64,000 bases of DNA from Scenedesmus sp. PABB004 (taxonomy: Eukaryota), in contig JABVCE010000012.1 of NCBI GenBank assembly GCA_014905635.1, positions 62,001 to 126,000 on the forward strand. Direction: 5' to 3'. Position 1 is the first letter of the stretch, and the number at the start of each line of letters is the position of its first letter. The position numbers and the translations under genes are program-made. Of this stretch, positions 24,872 through 39,444 are shown in pieces. The notes under the pieces were generated by a model. That model did not search any database. It saw only the letters and a program-made list of their open reading frames with translations, and had not been told where the DNA came from.

Positions 24872-24907
<36 letters not shown>

Positions 24908-26257
24908 GCAGCGGCGGCGCCGCCTGGCGCAGGTGCCGCAGCAGCGCCGCGACGCCCGCCGGCTGCAGCGCGAGGCGCTCCAGCAGCGGGTGCGCCAGCC
25001 ATGCGGCGCGCAGCATCGCGCCGTCCGCGAGCGGCGGCGGCGCCTCGTCGGGGTCGACACGATCGATGAACCATCGCTCAAGCTGCAGCGGCGTCTGCGC
25101 CGCCCAGGGGAGGTGCACGCTGCGGACCATCGCGTGCGTCACGCCCAGCAGCGGCAGCGCCGCCCAGCGCGGCGCCTGCAGCGGCGGCCCGCCGCCGCCG
25201 CGGCCGGCCGAGGGCGCGGCGCCCGCGCACGCGCCCCAGCCGCGCGGCGGCGCGCTCGGTGGCGCCTGCTGCTGCGCGTCCAGGGCCCCAGAGAGCGGGT
25301 CCGGCAGCGCCTCGCTGCGGATGGCGGCGGCGAGCGCCGCCGTCGACCGGATGAAGCGCTGCGCGGGTGGGCGGGGCGGCGGGTCGGGCGTCGTCGCAGG
25401 TGGCGGGCGGCCTCGCGGCCGCGGCAAGGCCGCGACGGCGGCGGCGACGGCGGCGGCGGCGGCGGGCTCACCCGGTAGAGGCCGCGAACCTCGGGGTCGG
25501 CGTCGCGCCAAAAGAGGTCATCGGGCGGCTGCGCGGCCGGCGCGCCGCCGTCGCCCGGCGCGACGTAGCGGGACCAGAGCAGGCGCAGCAGGTGCAGCGC
25601 AGCGTGCAGCCACGGCCGGTTGATCGGGATGTGCAGCAGCCAGCTGCGGCCGCGCGTCCAGACCACAAACACGCAGCTCTCGAGCCCTGCGGGGCGCGCG
25701 GGCGGGCCGTCGCGCTCGCAGGGGGGCCCGGCCGCCGTGCGCCGCGCCGCGCCGGCTCCGGGCGGCGCGCGGCCCCGCGCGCGTGGCAGCCGCACCCGTG
25801 CAGAGCATGTTGAGCTGCGCCTGGGCGTAGTGGTGGGCCTTCATGCTCTTGTAGGGCCTGTAACCCGCCGCGCCGCGCACGCCAAACGCCCAGGAGCGCC
25901 CGCCGACGGGGAAGAAGGGCGTCGGGCACTTGGCCTCCACCACGGACGCCTGCGGCGGCGCCGGCGGCAGCGCGCACCGCGGGCGCGCGTGGGCGCGGGT
26001 GCCTGCGAGCGCGCGGCGCCCTGCCGCCGCCGCCGCCGCCGCCGCTGCCGCCGCACCTCGAATTCCGCGTCCAGCCAGGCGTAGGGCGGCGCGCGGCTGC
26101 GGTGCGCGAGGCCGAGCGCCTCGGCGGCGCCCTCGCCCCCCGCGCCGGGGGCGCGCGGCACCGCGAGCAGCCCGTCCACGGAGCAGCCCACGGGCAGCGC
26201 CGCAAAGAGCGACGCGTCGAGCGGGCCGAGGCTGCCGATGGCGCCGTAGGCCTCGCC

Positions 26258-26288
<31 letters not shown>

Positions 26289-27162
26289 CCGTCAGCGCCG
26301 CCGTCAGCGCCGCCGGCCGGCGGCGCGATGCCGGCCGGCTGCAGGATGGGTCCGTAAAAGGCCGGCGCGCCGGCGACGAGCTCCGGCGTGAGCGCGACGA
26401 AGCCCGAGTCGAGCAGCACGCTGCCCGGGGGCGCGTATGCCAGCAGCGTGTGCAGCGCGGCGGCCTCGTGCCTGCGCGGTGGTGGTGGTGGTGGTGGTGG
26501 TGGTGGTGGCGGTGGCAGGCGCGTCAGCCCCGCATGCGCGTGCGCGCACGCACGCTGCCGCCGAGCGCCGCCGAGCACCGCGCCGCCGCGCCGCGGCCCC
26601 GCCGCCGGCGTGCCCCGACCTGTTGCCCCACTCGCAGCAGAGCGCTCCAAACGCGCCCATGTCGCCGGCGGCCTTGGCGCCGCGCAGGCGGCCGACCGCG
26701 GCGCGCAGGCGCTCGCCGCCCGCCGCCGCGGGGACGGCGTGGCACACGCCGACGGCTACGAGCAGCTGGTTGACGGGCCGGCACCCAAAGCCGAGCACGT
26801 CGCCGAGCGTGGAGCCGGTGACGTGGCGCGAGCGCGCCTGCAGCCACGCAGCGGAGCCCTGCGGCAGCACCGCCACCTCCTCAGCGCTCAGCGCGGCCTG
26901 CAGCTCGAGCGAGTTTGAAAACGGCTCGCCGCCGCCCCGCGCCGGCGGCGGGACGGGAAAGTACCTGGGCATGCGAAGAGGGGCCCGCGCGGGCGGCGGG
27001 GGCGTGCGTGGGCGCCGCAGCGCATGCATGCGCGTCGCCGAGCGCAGCGGCAAGCAGCGGCGCGCACCGTCCGGGCGCCGCGGCGGCCAGCTGCTCGCGC
27101 GTAACCGCGGCGAGGTCGAGGTTGGGCAGCAGACCCTCATAGGCGGCCAGGGGCTCCGCCAT
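21843..27162 (-). CDS. YqaJ/lambda-exonuclease-like (PD-(D/E)xK) nuclease with a long low-complexity C-terminal extension, multi-exon
   Basis: PQGSAAWLQARSRHVTGS, CEWGNRHEAAA, GCSVDGLL, VVEAKCP and HHYAQAQLNMLCTGLESCVFVVWT match YqaJ motifs; the 3' extent of the gene is uncertain. Confidence 0.75.
22180..22308. repeat. (GGCTGC)n hexamer repeat (poly-PQ on the minus strand)
   Basis: Tandem GGCTGC/GGGTGC units. Confidence 0.9.
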
Positions 27163-27670
27163 GCTGCTCCGCCCGCGCCCGGGCTCGCCTCGAGCGCGGG
27201 GACGAGCCGCGCAGCTCCCCGCCCGGGAGCTCACACCGGGACTGCTCCACGCGCCGTCGCACCCATCGGCCCGCCCCAGCGCCTCGAGCTGCGGCGGCAG
27301 CAGCAGCAGCAGCAGCAGCAGCAGCGGCGGCAGCAGCGCCGCGGACAGCGGAGAGGCCCGGGCGCGGTCGTGTGCGGTCCCCGTGGGCGGTGCGGGGGCC
27401 GTGGAGGGCGGGGAGCTAAGGGCGGTGCCCGCTCGACCGCGCGCTGTGCGCCGTCACATGACGAGTGCGCCGCGTGCTGCGTGCGCTCCGCGCGCTGTGC
27501 CAGGTTTCCAACAAAACAAAGAACAAGCTACTGTCCCAACGGCGGCTGCATCTCAGCAGCGCGCGCCGCCGTGCCGCGTCAGGGCGTCGCAGCCCGGCGA
27601 ACGCAAACAAGTTGACCGCGCTTTTGACCGTTCGCCGCAGTCGGTCGATAGAACACCCCGCCCCCCGCGA

Positions 27671-27697
27671 CGATGGATGCACCGGGTGCATCCATCG
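27671..27697. repeat. Perfect intergenic hairpin/palindrome
   Basis: CGATGGATGCAC-CGG-GTGCATCCATCG. Confidence 0.8.
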
Positions 27698-27778
27698 CAC
27701 CCCGCCCGCCCAGCCTAGCCTAGCAGCTACTGGTGAGGTGGTTGGTTGTGGCGGCGCGGCCGGGCACCGCGCGCGCGC

Positions 27779-30700
27779 TCACGCGCGGCCCGAGCCGGGG
27801 CGCAGCCGCCAGTCGGGCTTGCAGATCTTGTAGCTGCCCAGCCCGGGCGCCTTGCTCGGCTCGCAGCGGTGCAGCTCGGGGCAGTGGATGTCCTCCGCGC
27901 AGTAGCAGGTCTTGTCGAGCGCGCAGCGGGGGTAGTAGGAGTAGGGCTGCCCGGCCTTCATCTGAGTGAACAGCTCCGGCTCAAACACGCCGGCCGGGTC
28001 CCACTTGGTCTGCAGCGCCATCGCCGCGCCCCACGAGTCGGCGAAGCGCTCCGGGATGGGGCAGCGCGGGTGCTGGAAGGTGCGCGGGTAGTTCTTGCCC
28101 CAGTGCGGCCGCGCGTTGTACCTGCGCGCGGGCGCGCGGGCCGGTCGTGCGACGGCCGGCTTGGCTCGGCGCCCCGCGCACACGCACAGCACGCTGCATG
28201 CAGCATGTGGCCCACAGCACACACAGCACACAAAAACCAAATCACTCACTTGCAGAGCGTCATCTCCTCCAGCAGGTCCGTCACAAAGCCGTAGCGCATG
28301 GGGAAGCGGTCCATCACCGACCGGCTCTTCAGCCACGTGGACTGCGGCAGCGCGGCGCGGCGAGCAGGGGCCGCTTGGGCGGCAGCGGCGCCGGCCGCGG
28401 GGCCCCCGGGGCGCGCACCCGTGCGCCAGGTGCGCCGCGCCTCCGCGCTCCACGCGCACCCCCGCCCTGGTTGGTCAAACGCCAAGCCCCAGCGGCCTCA
28501 CCTGGACGTACACGGGGCGCGTCATGTTGTAGTGCATGCTCAGGTAGTCGGGGCCGCCGTGCCCGAAGCGCAGCCACACGTAGCCGGGGCCGAGGCAGCG
28601 CCCGTGGTCGGTGTCGGTCTCCCACAGGTCGTTGTCAAAGATCGCCTTGACGTCGGAGACCCAGTCGGCGAAGCGGTCCCACTCGATCGACATGTGCACG
28701 TCCTCGGCGGTGCCGTTGTAGGTGACGCCGTTCCACGCGCAGTCGTCCCAGCTGCGGGCGGAGCGGGCGGAGGGAGGAGGCCGCGGCGGGGCGGGGCGGT
28801 TTGTGTTCGGGCGTGTGAGCGGGTTCGTGGGTGGGTGGGTGTGGGCGTGTGACGATGGGCAAGGGGAGAGGGAGGGGGCGGTGCGGCGCGCAGGCGGCGC
28901 GTGTGCGCGTGAAAAGAGTCGTCATGACACACGCTCAAACCCACCACTCGGTCGCGGCGAGCTTATTGGTGTGGCCGACGGTGTAGAGCACGTCGCTGCC
29001 GTCGGCGTTGCTCGCCCAGGTCTTGGCGACTGAGTTGGCCGCGACGGTCGGGCAGAGCACCGACTCCTGCGCAGGCGCGGGCTCACGTCAGCGCGTGCCT
29101 CGGCCCGCGCCAGCCAACCCGCGATGTGTGTGCTGTGTGCTGTGTGTGTGTGCTGTGTGCTAATGCCGCTGAGCGCCGCAGCAGCCAGGTGCCAGGCGGC
29201 CAGGCGCCAGGCGGCCAGCGGCCAGCGCTCGACCCAACCCCGCAAACAAACAAACGCGCGCCTGTGTGCCGACAAACTGCAGCGTGTCGTCAAAGATGTC
29301 CTCCTGTATGAGCTGGAAGAGGTGGGCCATGTTGGTGCGGCCCTTGTAGTTGGGCAGCAGGCTCATGTACGCCTCGCTCGCTGGGACGTCGGTGCTCACC
29401 GGCTTGAGCATGTACGCGCTGCGCGGGCGTGACGCGGCGCGGCGCGGCGCGTGGGCGGTGGCGCGGGGCCAGGCGCGGCCGGGGTCGGGGGCGGCGCGGG
29501 CGCGTCGCGGCGCGGCGCGCGGGGCACCGCGCGCGGGCGGCGGCGCGCTGCGCGCGCCTCCGCCGCCAGCGCCCCCGCCACCAGCGCCCCCGCCGCCAGC
29601 GCCCCCGCCAGCCCCGCTTGCTTGCTCGCGCTCGCCTGTACAGGCGCATGTCGGGGCGCCAGAAGACGAGGATGTGGGGCGCGACCTTGAGCATGGCCGC
29701 GATGTCGTTCACGATGGCCGTGTCGTTCGACAGGTAGCGCGTGATGAGCTTGGTGTGGCTCGGCGGCGTCATCTGGAGCTCGATCTCGGTGACGACGCCG
29801 ATCAGGCCCAGCCCGCCGCAGAGGAGGCGCGCCTCGTCGCTGTCGCGGGGGCTCACGTGCACGCCGCCCTCCGCGTCGACCCAGGTGAGCGCGATGAGCA
29901 CGTCGCAGAGGTTGCTCGTCGCGTTGTCGCCGCTGCCGTGCGCAGACGTGGAGATCACGCCGCCGAGCGTGAGCCCCGCGTACGCCGGCAGCGTGCCGAC
30001 CTGGCGCGGCGCGCCGGCGGCGGCGGCGGCGGCGGCGGTCGGGCGGCGGCCGACGGGCGGGCGGTCGGCGGCGGCGCGACGCAGCAGCCCACGAGTGTGT
30101 GTGTGTGTGTGACGCGGGGCGCTCGGCCCACGCGCCGTGCGCAGCGGCGCGTGGCGGCGAGTACCAGCCCGAACGTCGCACCTGCACGCTCATGCCGTTC
30201 CGCGTGGCCTCGTCGGTGAACTCCCGGATCTTCATGCCCGCGCCGACGCGCATGGTGAACTTCTCAGTGTCCGCCGCGAGCGTCGTGTTGAGTCGCTCGT
30301 TGAGCACGCCGACGCTGAGGATGCGCCCCGCGTCGGCGCCCTCCGCGCCGTTGCTGCGCAGCTGCGGCGCGGGGCACACAAAGGTGGTGGTGCTGTGGAA
30401 GAGCCTGCGCGCAGCGGCGGCGGCGGGGCGTGAGCCCGCGCGGACGCCGCAGCGACGCGCGGCCGCGCGGGCGGCGGCCGGCCACCGGGCCGGGCGCGCG
30501 TGCGCGCCCTCGGCCGGCCGCAGGAGGCCGGCAGCAGCTCGGCCCAGCCCGTCCCAGCTCACCTGCGTGACATGCGGACCTTGAGCTTGGCGCCCTGCGC
30601 GTCGGCCATCTGCTTGTAGCTCTTGATGGCGTCAGCCAGCTCCTGCGTGCTGCCCGGCTCCACCAGGTGGTCCGTCTCGCAGGTGACGTAGTGATAGGCA

Positions 30701-30926
30701 GCCGTGTAGCTGTTGTCCCCGCCTGCCGGCGGGGCCGCGCCGCTGTCCTGCGCGGCCGCGTGGCGCGCGACCTGCAGGGCGGCCAAGCAGCGGCGGCGGG
30801 GTCGGGCCGCGGCGCCGTGGGGCCGCGCCCGCGCCCGCGCCCGCGGCCGGTCGCGACGCGCACCTGAAGCACCGCCAACACGACCAGCGCGGCCGCCAGG
30901 CCTCGCCGCGCGCGGCGCGGCGCCAT
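27779..30926 (-). CDS. L-gulonolactone oxidase-like FAD oxidoreductase (plant GulLO type), paralog 1, multi-exon
   Basis: Signal peptide; LKVRMSHRLFHST; VGTLPAYAGLTLGGVISTSAHGSG; GGLGLIGVVTEIELQ; YVWLRFG; ARPHWGKN; DPAGVF; C-terminal CALDKTCYCAEDIHC. Confidence 0.88.
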
Positions 30927-31771
30927 CGCGCGGGCTCGGTGCCAAGCCGGGCGTGGTGAGGTGCGTGCGCGGGCAAGCGCGGTCACGGCGGTGCCCGAGT
31001 GGAGGAGTTTGAGTTCACGAAGCACTGAGGCGGGCGCGCCGGGCGCGGGCTGCTTTGTGCGAGCGCGCGCGGCCGGTCGCGGTCGGCGACGTGCCCCCGG
31101 CTACAGCGGGCCCGGCGCGACCCCGCCGTCAGCGACGCGACGTCACAGCCATCGCGCGAGACCTCCCGCAGCTCGTGCGGCTGCTGCGACGGCGACGACG
31201 GCGGCGGCGACGGCCGGCGGCCGAGCGCGGACCGACCCCGGCGGCGCGCGCGCTGGGCCGGGATCGCGTGGCAGGGTTTCCAGGATGCTGACCTTCAACA
31301 TCAACTCACAGCCACGCCCCCAGGGCGCGCGCTGCTGCCGCCGTCGCCCGAGGTCCGCGCCGGCGCTGGCGGCCGCCGCTGCGCTCCCTGCCGCGGCGTG
31401 GCTTCCAGCGGTCGTTTCAGGCTCGCGCGATCTCAAAGCGTCCCCGCGCGGCTGCGACGTCACTCCTGTCGCGTGGCTGACAGCGCGCGGGAGGCCGGCG
31501 CGGCCCGACGCGAGCAGGCCACCGCGGGTTGTCAGCGGCCTGCCATAGCGCTGAAAACACCCAGTGAGACTTTACGACCAGTTACCGCGAGCGCAAGCAC
31601 ACGCACGGGCCGCGGAGACGCGCCTGACAACTGCTGCCCGCTGTTCACCGCGCTGCGCGGGCCTCGAGCTTCGCGAAGCCGTCAGGCGCGCGCCAACAAC
31701 CTAGCGACGCAGCATCACAAGCTTGCAGCGCCCCTGGAACGCCGGTCGAGCAGCATCCGGGCCTGAAGCCC

Positions 31772-34745
<2,974 letters not shown>

Positions 34746-35423
34746 CGCCCGCGCCGCGGCGCGCAGAGGTGTGTGTGCGTGTGCGGGCAGAGGCAGGCAG
34801 GCGCGCGCGCGGCAGCCGGGGGGGGGGGGCGGAACAGGGCGAGAGAGGGGGGGGGCAACAGGCGGGAGGCCAACAGTCAGGAGGCAGGGGTCAGGCCGGG
34901 CGTCGGCACCCAGGCAGGCAGGCAGGCGGGCGGCTTGGCCAGCCTCGGCGGCGGCCCTCTGCCCCGCGGCGGCAGCGGGATCACTACTAGCACTCGGACG
35001 GTGCGGCCGGCGCGACCGCCCTGCGCGGCGCGCGGCGCAGCGCACAGATGTCGGCGAGGGCTGCGGGGGGCGAGCGAAACTCAACCGGCGGCGGGCCTCA
35101 GCTGAGAGGCCCGCCCCGCCCCCCTGTGGCGGCGCGTGATGGCACTTGATTCGAGGCGTCCTTCCTATTACCGCAGCGGCGCACATGTATATATATCGGT
35201 TTGCCCCTCTCCCCCCGCCGCGCTCTGCACGACGCCAGGCGCCATGCGGCGCAGCGCTTGCCTCCCCGGGGGGTTCACCAGCCGAGTAACGCGCGCCCGA
35301 CAGAGCCCACGGCCCCCTCGCCCCTGCGCTGACGCCGCCGGCTGGTTCCAGGCAATTGGGCGGGTGACGACACCAATGAAACGGCAAAGCCACGCTGCTG
35401 CTGCTCTGGTGCTACCTATACCC

Positions 35424-36842
35424 CTAGGCCGCGCCGTCCTGCTGCTGCTGCTGCGCCGCCAGCCGCTGCTCCGGCGGCGCGCTGGCGACAGCAATGTCCA
35501 GGTGGCGCAGGAACGCGCCGCCGGCCTGCGGCGCGCCGCCGCCCGCGCCAAAAAGTAGCCCGTCGTCCTCGTCGGAGCTGTCGGCGCGGCCGGCCGCCGC
35601 CGCGGGCGCGCCGACGTCGCCCGGGCCGCGGCTGGCGCCCCGCCCGTCGTCCGGCGCGGGGGCACCGCCGCCCACGACGGGGAGGCCCCACTCGTCCTCG
35701 GCCACCTGCTGCCGCTGGCTGGCCGCGAGTGCCAGCCCGCGAGCCGCGCCGGCGCGCCCTCCGCCGCTGCCGCCGCCGCTGCTGTCGCTGCCGCTGCTGC
35801 TGCCGGAGTCGTCGCCGCCCGGCGCGCCGACAGCCCCCGCTGCCGCCTGCTCCGCCGCCGGGCTCGGCGCACCGCCCGCCGCTGCATCGTCCTCATCGGC
35901 GTCCGCTGCCCGGCCGCCGTCGGCCGCCTCACCCGGTGCAGCGCCAAAGGGCGCCGCCGCGGGCGTCAGGAGCACCGACACCACGGTCGCCGCCGCCGCG
36001 AGGTCGCTCCCCAGCCGCCGCAGTGCGCGGCGGCTCGCGCGGGAGGAGCTGAGGCTCGCCGCTAGCGTGTCCCACACGGTACGGCCGGCGGCGGCGCCGG
36101 CGGCGCCGGCCGGCCTCTCCTGCTCCCGCTGCTGCTGCTGCGCCCACTGCGGCGCCGCGCGCGGCGCCGCCGGCCCGCCGTCGCCGCCGTCCGGCTCGTC
36201 GCCGTCCGCCGGCGGCGGCCACAGCGCCCTGAACGCGGCCGCCAGGCCCTCGCCCGCCTTGGCGCCGCCGCCCTCGGCGCCGCCGGCGCCGCCCTTGATC
36301 AGCAGCCGGCCGGGCTGCAGCGCGCGCGCGGCGCGGTTGACGCTGCCCGCGAGCTCCTGCACCTCGCTCGCGGCGCCCTGCACCGCCGCCGCCGTGCCGG
36401 GCAGCGACTCCTGCAGCAGCCGGGACGTCGCCTCGACGTGGTCTGCTGCCGCCTGCATGTCGCGCGCCGCCGCCTCCATCTCCGAGAGCGTCACCGCCGC
36501 CGCGCGCAGCAGCGGGCGCACGTACAGCACGAACGCCGCGGCCGCCGCGCCCAGCGCCGCCGCCGCGGCGAGCGCGAGCGCGGCGAGCAGGCCCGGCCAG
36601 CCCACGGCCGCGGGCGGGGGCGACGTGGGCGCGTGGCCGTGGAGCCGCAGCGTGCTGCCGTCTGCGAGCCGCGCCGCGGCTGGGCGGGCCGCCGCCGCCG
36701 CCGCCACCGCCTCCGCCGCTGCCGCGGCTGCCGCGCAGCAGGGCGCGCGGCGCCGGGTCAGAGTGCCGCTGCCCTTGCAGCTGCTGCGGCGGCGCCTGAG
36801 CGCCTGGCCACCGCAGGCGCCGCTCGGGGCAGCGGCGAGCAT
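35424..36842 (-). CDS. Putative plastid membrane protein with one TM helix plus a helical bundle (DUF948-like), apparently intronless
   Basis: Transit-peptide-like N-terminus, hydrophobic LLAALALAAAAALGAAAAAFVLYVRP, then RAAAVTLSEMEAAARDMQAAADHVE...ESLPGTAAAVQ. Confidence 0.5.
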   Translation of the reverse strand: MLAAAPSGACGGQALRRRRSSCKGSGTLTRRRAPCCAAAAAAAEAVAAAAAARPAAARLADGSTLRLHGHAPTSPPPAAVGWPGLLAALALAAAAALGAAAAAFVLYVRPLLRAAAVTLSEMEAAARDMQAAADHVEATSRLLQESLPGTAAAVQGAASEVQELAGSVNRAARALQPGRLLIKGGAGGAEGGGAKAGEGLAAAFRALWPPPADGDEPDGGDGGPAAPRAAPQWAQQQQREQERPAGAAGAAAGRTVWDTLAASLSSSRASRRALRRLGSDLAAAATVVSVLLTPAAAPFGAAPGEAADGGRAADADEDDAAAGGAPSPAAEQAAAGAVGAPGGDDSGSSSGSDSSGGGSGGGRAGAARGLALAASQRQQVAEDEWGLPVVGGGAPAPDDGRGASRGPGDVGAPAAAAGRADSSDEDDGLLFGAGGGAPQAGGAFLRHLDIAVASAPPEQRLAAQQQQQDGAA

Positions 36843-37218
36843 GGTGAGGCGGCCCTGCGCAGCAGGCGCGGCTCTGTGAAGCAGGCGCGCCGCCGCGCTG
36901 CGCAGGGGGCAGAGCAGCGCGGGCGTGGAGCCGCCGCGCAGCAAACGGAGGGTTTGCCCGCCCGACGAGCGAGCGGGACGCCTGTGACGCTGAGCAATGA
37001 GCGCGCGGCCACTTCGGCCAAGCGGCGGTCGAGCGGCTGCGCGGCGTGGCGGCGGTGAGCCCTCGCCGCCGCCGCGTGAGCCCCGCCGCGGCAGCTCCGG
37101 CTTCTTCTCTGGCCCGCATGCACACACGTCCGTGAGTTGGTCGCCACGCTACGTCGCAGCCGTCCACCGCCGCCAGCCGCTGCTGCCGCTGCCGCTGCTG
37201 CCGCTGCCGCCTCGCCGC

Positions 37219-38241
37219 ATGGCCAGCCTCCTGCTGGGTGCGTGCAGGCCCACCACCCCCGATGCGCCTCCGCGCCGGCCAGCCGCTGCCGCGCAGCGCA
37301 ATTGCTGCGCGGCCAGCCGCCAGGCGCGGCGCGGCCAGCCGCCAGGCGCGGCGCGGCCAGCCGCTGCGCGCAATTGCTCAATTGCTCGCCGCGCGCCGCC
37401 GCCCGCGCCGCTGTGCCCCCGCCGCGCGCCAGGCGGCGGCGCCGCGCAGGTGAGCGGCTGCCTGGAGGACCTCTCCAGCCGGCGCGTCAACATCGTGCAC
37501 GTGCGCCGCCCCGGCGCGGCCGCGCCGGCGGGCGTGCCGGCGGCGCGGCTCGTGTCGGCGCCGCGGCGCGAGGTCGCGGTCGTTGCCGCGTCGCCGGAGC
37601 CCGCCATCGCGCACCTCGTCGCCGGCGTCGTCGACCCCGGCCTCCAGGCGCAGGTCGCGGCCGACCTCGCGGCCGCGGCGGCGGCGTTTGCGCAGCACGT
37701 CGGGGCCGACCACGTGCGCGCCAAGCTCGAGCTCGTCACGGCTCAGAGCTGCCCGCGCTGGCACTCAGACAGCGTGCGGCTGAGACTGCTGGTCACCTAC
37801 GCCGGCGGCGGCGGGACATGGTTTGTTGGCAACGCGCACGTGCGCCGCGCGCCGCGCCGCGCGGGCTGGCCCTGGCCCGGCGGCTGGCCCGGCGGCTGGC
37901 CCGGCGGCGCCGCGGCGCCGGGCGTGCTGGGCGTGGACGAGCGCCACGCGGTGCAGGCGGGCGCGGGCGACCTGCTGTATTTGAAGGGCAACGCCGCGCC
38001 GGGGCTGGCGGGTGCGCGCAACACGCGCGACAGACACGCGTGTCGCGCGGGGGCGGCCGCAGGGCTGCCGCGGGGCTGCCGCCGCCAGCGCGTCAGGCAG
38101 GGCCGGGCCTCACGAGATTGCCGCGCGCCGCCGGCCGCAGGCGCCGGCGCGGTGCATCGGTCGCCCGCGCTCGACGACGCCGACCCGCTGGCGGCGCGGC
38201 TGCTGCTGACGGTCGACGACGCCTGCTGCGGCGCCGGCTGA
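37219..38241 (+). CDS. DUF1826-family protein (putative Fe(II)/2OG-like), with introns
   Basis: AKLELVTAQSCPRWHSDSVRLRLLVTYAGGGGTWFV, GDLLYLKGN and GAVHRSP...RLLLTVD. Confidence 0.8.
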   Translation: MASLLLGACRPTTPDAPPRRPAAAAQRNCCAASRQARRGQPPGAARPAAARNCSIARRAPPPAPLCPRRAPGGGAAQVSGCLEDLSSRRVNIVHVRRPGAAAPAGVPAARLVSAPRREVAVVAASPEPAIAHLVAGVVDPGLQAQVAADLAAAAAAFAQHVGADHVRAKLELVTAQSCPRWHSDSVRLRLLVTYAGGGGTWFVGNAHVRRAPRRAGWPWPGGWPGGWPGGAAAPGVLGVDERHAVQAGAGDLLYLKGNAAPGLAGARNTRDRHACRAGAAAGLPRGCRRQRVRQGRASRDCRAPPAAGAGAVHRSPALDDADPLAARLLLTVDDACCGAG

Positions 38242-38520
38242 GCGCGAGCGCACGGGGTGCGACGAGGCCGTGGGGCTGGCCCGGCGCGAGCGTCACACGA
38301 GCTGCACGGCGGCGGCGCCCTGTGCGCCGCGCGCGCCCGTCGGAGCGCTAGGCCGGCGTGCCACGCCGCGCACGCAGGCTGCACGCGCGCGCCGCGCGGC
38401 TGCGCCGGCACGCACGCACGCGCGCGACCGCGGCGGGCGCCGCGCCGCGCGGCAGCCTGCGCCGCGACCGCTATAGCGTGCTGTGGCGGTCGACGCGGTG
38501 GTCTCCACCATTGGCGCCAG

Positions 38521-38783
38521 TGGCCCACCAGAGGCCCACCAGAGGCCCACCAGAGGCCCACCAGAGGCCCACCAGAGGGCCACCTGAGGCCCACCAGAGG
38601 CCCACCAGAGGCCCACCAGAGGCCCACCAGAGGCCCACCTGAGGCCCACCAGAGGCCCACCAAGGCCCACCAGAGGCCCGCCAGGGGCCCACCTGAGGGC
38701 CCACCAGAGGCCCACCTGAGGCCCACCAGAGGGCCACCTGAGGCCCACCTGAGGGCTCACCAGGGGCCCACCTGAGGCCCACC
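38521..38783. repeat. 11-bp minisatellite (GAGGCCCACCA / GAGGCCCACCT)n
   Basis: More than 20 tandem near-identical 11-mers. Confidence 0.95.
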
Positions 38784-38868
38784 AGTGCTGTCGTCATGTT
38801 CAAGGGCGGACACCGAGGGCGGCGGCGCGCGCCGCGCGCCCGCGCCGCAGCTGGCTCTGCCCCGGCAC

Positions 38869-39315
38869 CTGGCCCGGCGGCGGCGCCGCCGCGGCGCCGG
38901 GCGTGCTGGGCGTGGACGAGAGCCACGCGGTGCAGGCGGGCGCGGGCGACCTGCTGTATTTGAAGGGCAACGCCGCGCCGGGGCTGGCGGGTGCGCAACA
39001 CGCGCGACAAACGCCGCGCACGCAGGCGGCCGCGGGGCTGCCGCGGGGCTGCCGCCGCCAGCACGTCAGGCAGGGCCGGGCCTCACGCGATTGCCGCGCC
39101 GCCGCGCGGCCGCAGGCGCCGGCGCGGTGCATCGGTCGCCCGCGCTCGACGACGCCGACCCGCTGGCGGCGCGGCTGCTGCTGACGGTCGACGACGCCTG
39201 CTGCGGCGCCGGCTGAGCGCGAGCGCACGGGGTGCGACGAGGCCGTGGGGCTGGCCCGGCGCGAGCGTCACACGAGCCGCGCGGCGGCGGCGCCCTGTGC
39301 GCCGCGCGCGCCCGT
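38869..39315 (+). pseudogene. Duplicated 3' part of the DUF1826 gene (last exon segment, intron, last exon, 3' flank)
   Basis: Near-identical to about 37896-38340, including VLGVDE.HAVQAGAGDLLYLKGN, the intron and GAVHRSP...CCGAG*; no in-frame start found. Confidence 0.8.
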
Positions 39316-39444
39316 AACCGGCCGCCCGTCGCCGCCGCCCCCCGACGCGCGCGCCCGCCCGTCCCGCGCCCCGCCCGCCCGCGGTATCTCTCACCGCCCC
39401 GTCGTCGCTGCGCTGCGCCCCGCGCCGCCGCGTGGGCGGGCGCG

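Noticed and set aside
38521..38783. Possible CRISPR array
   Set aside because: Contiguous 11-bp units with no unique spacers, no cas genes and a eukaryotic context.
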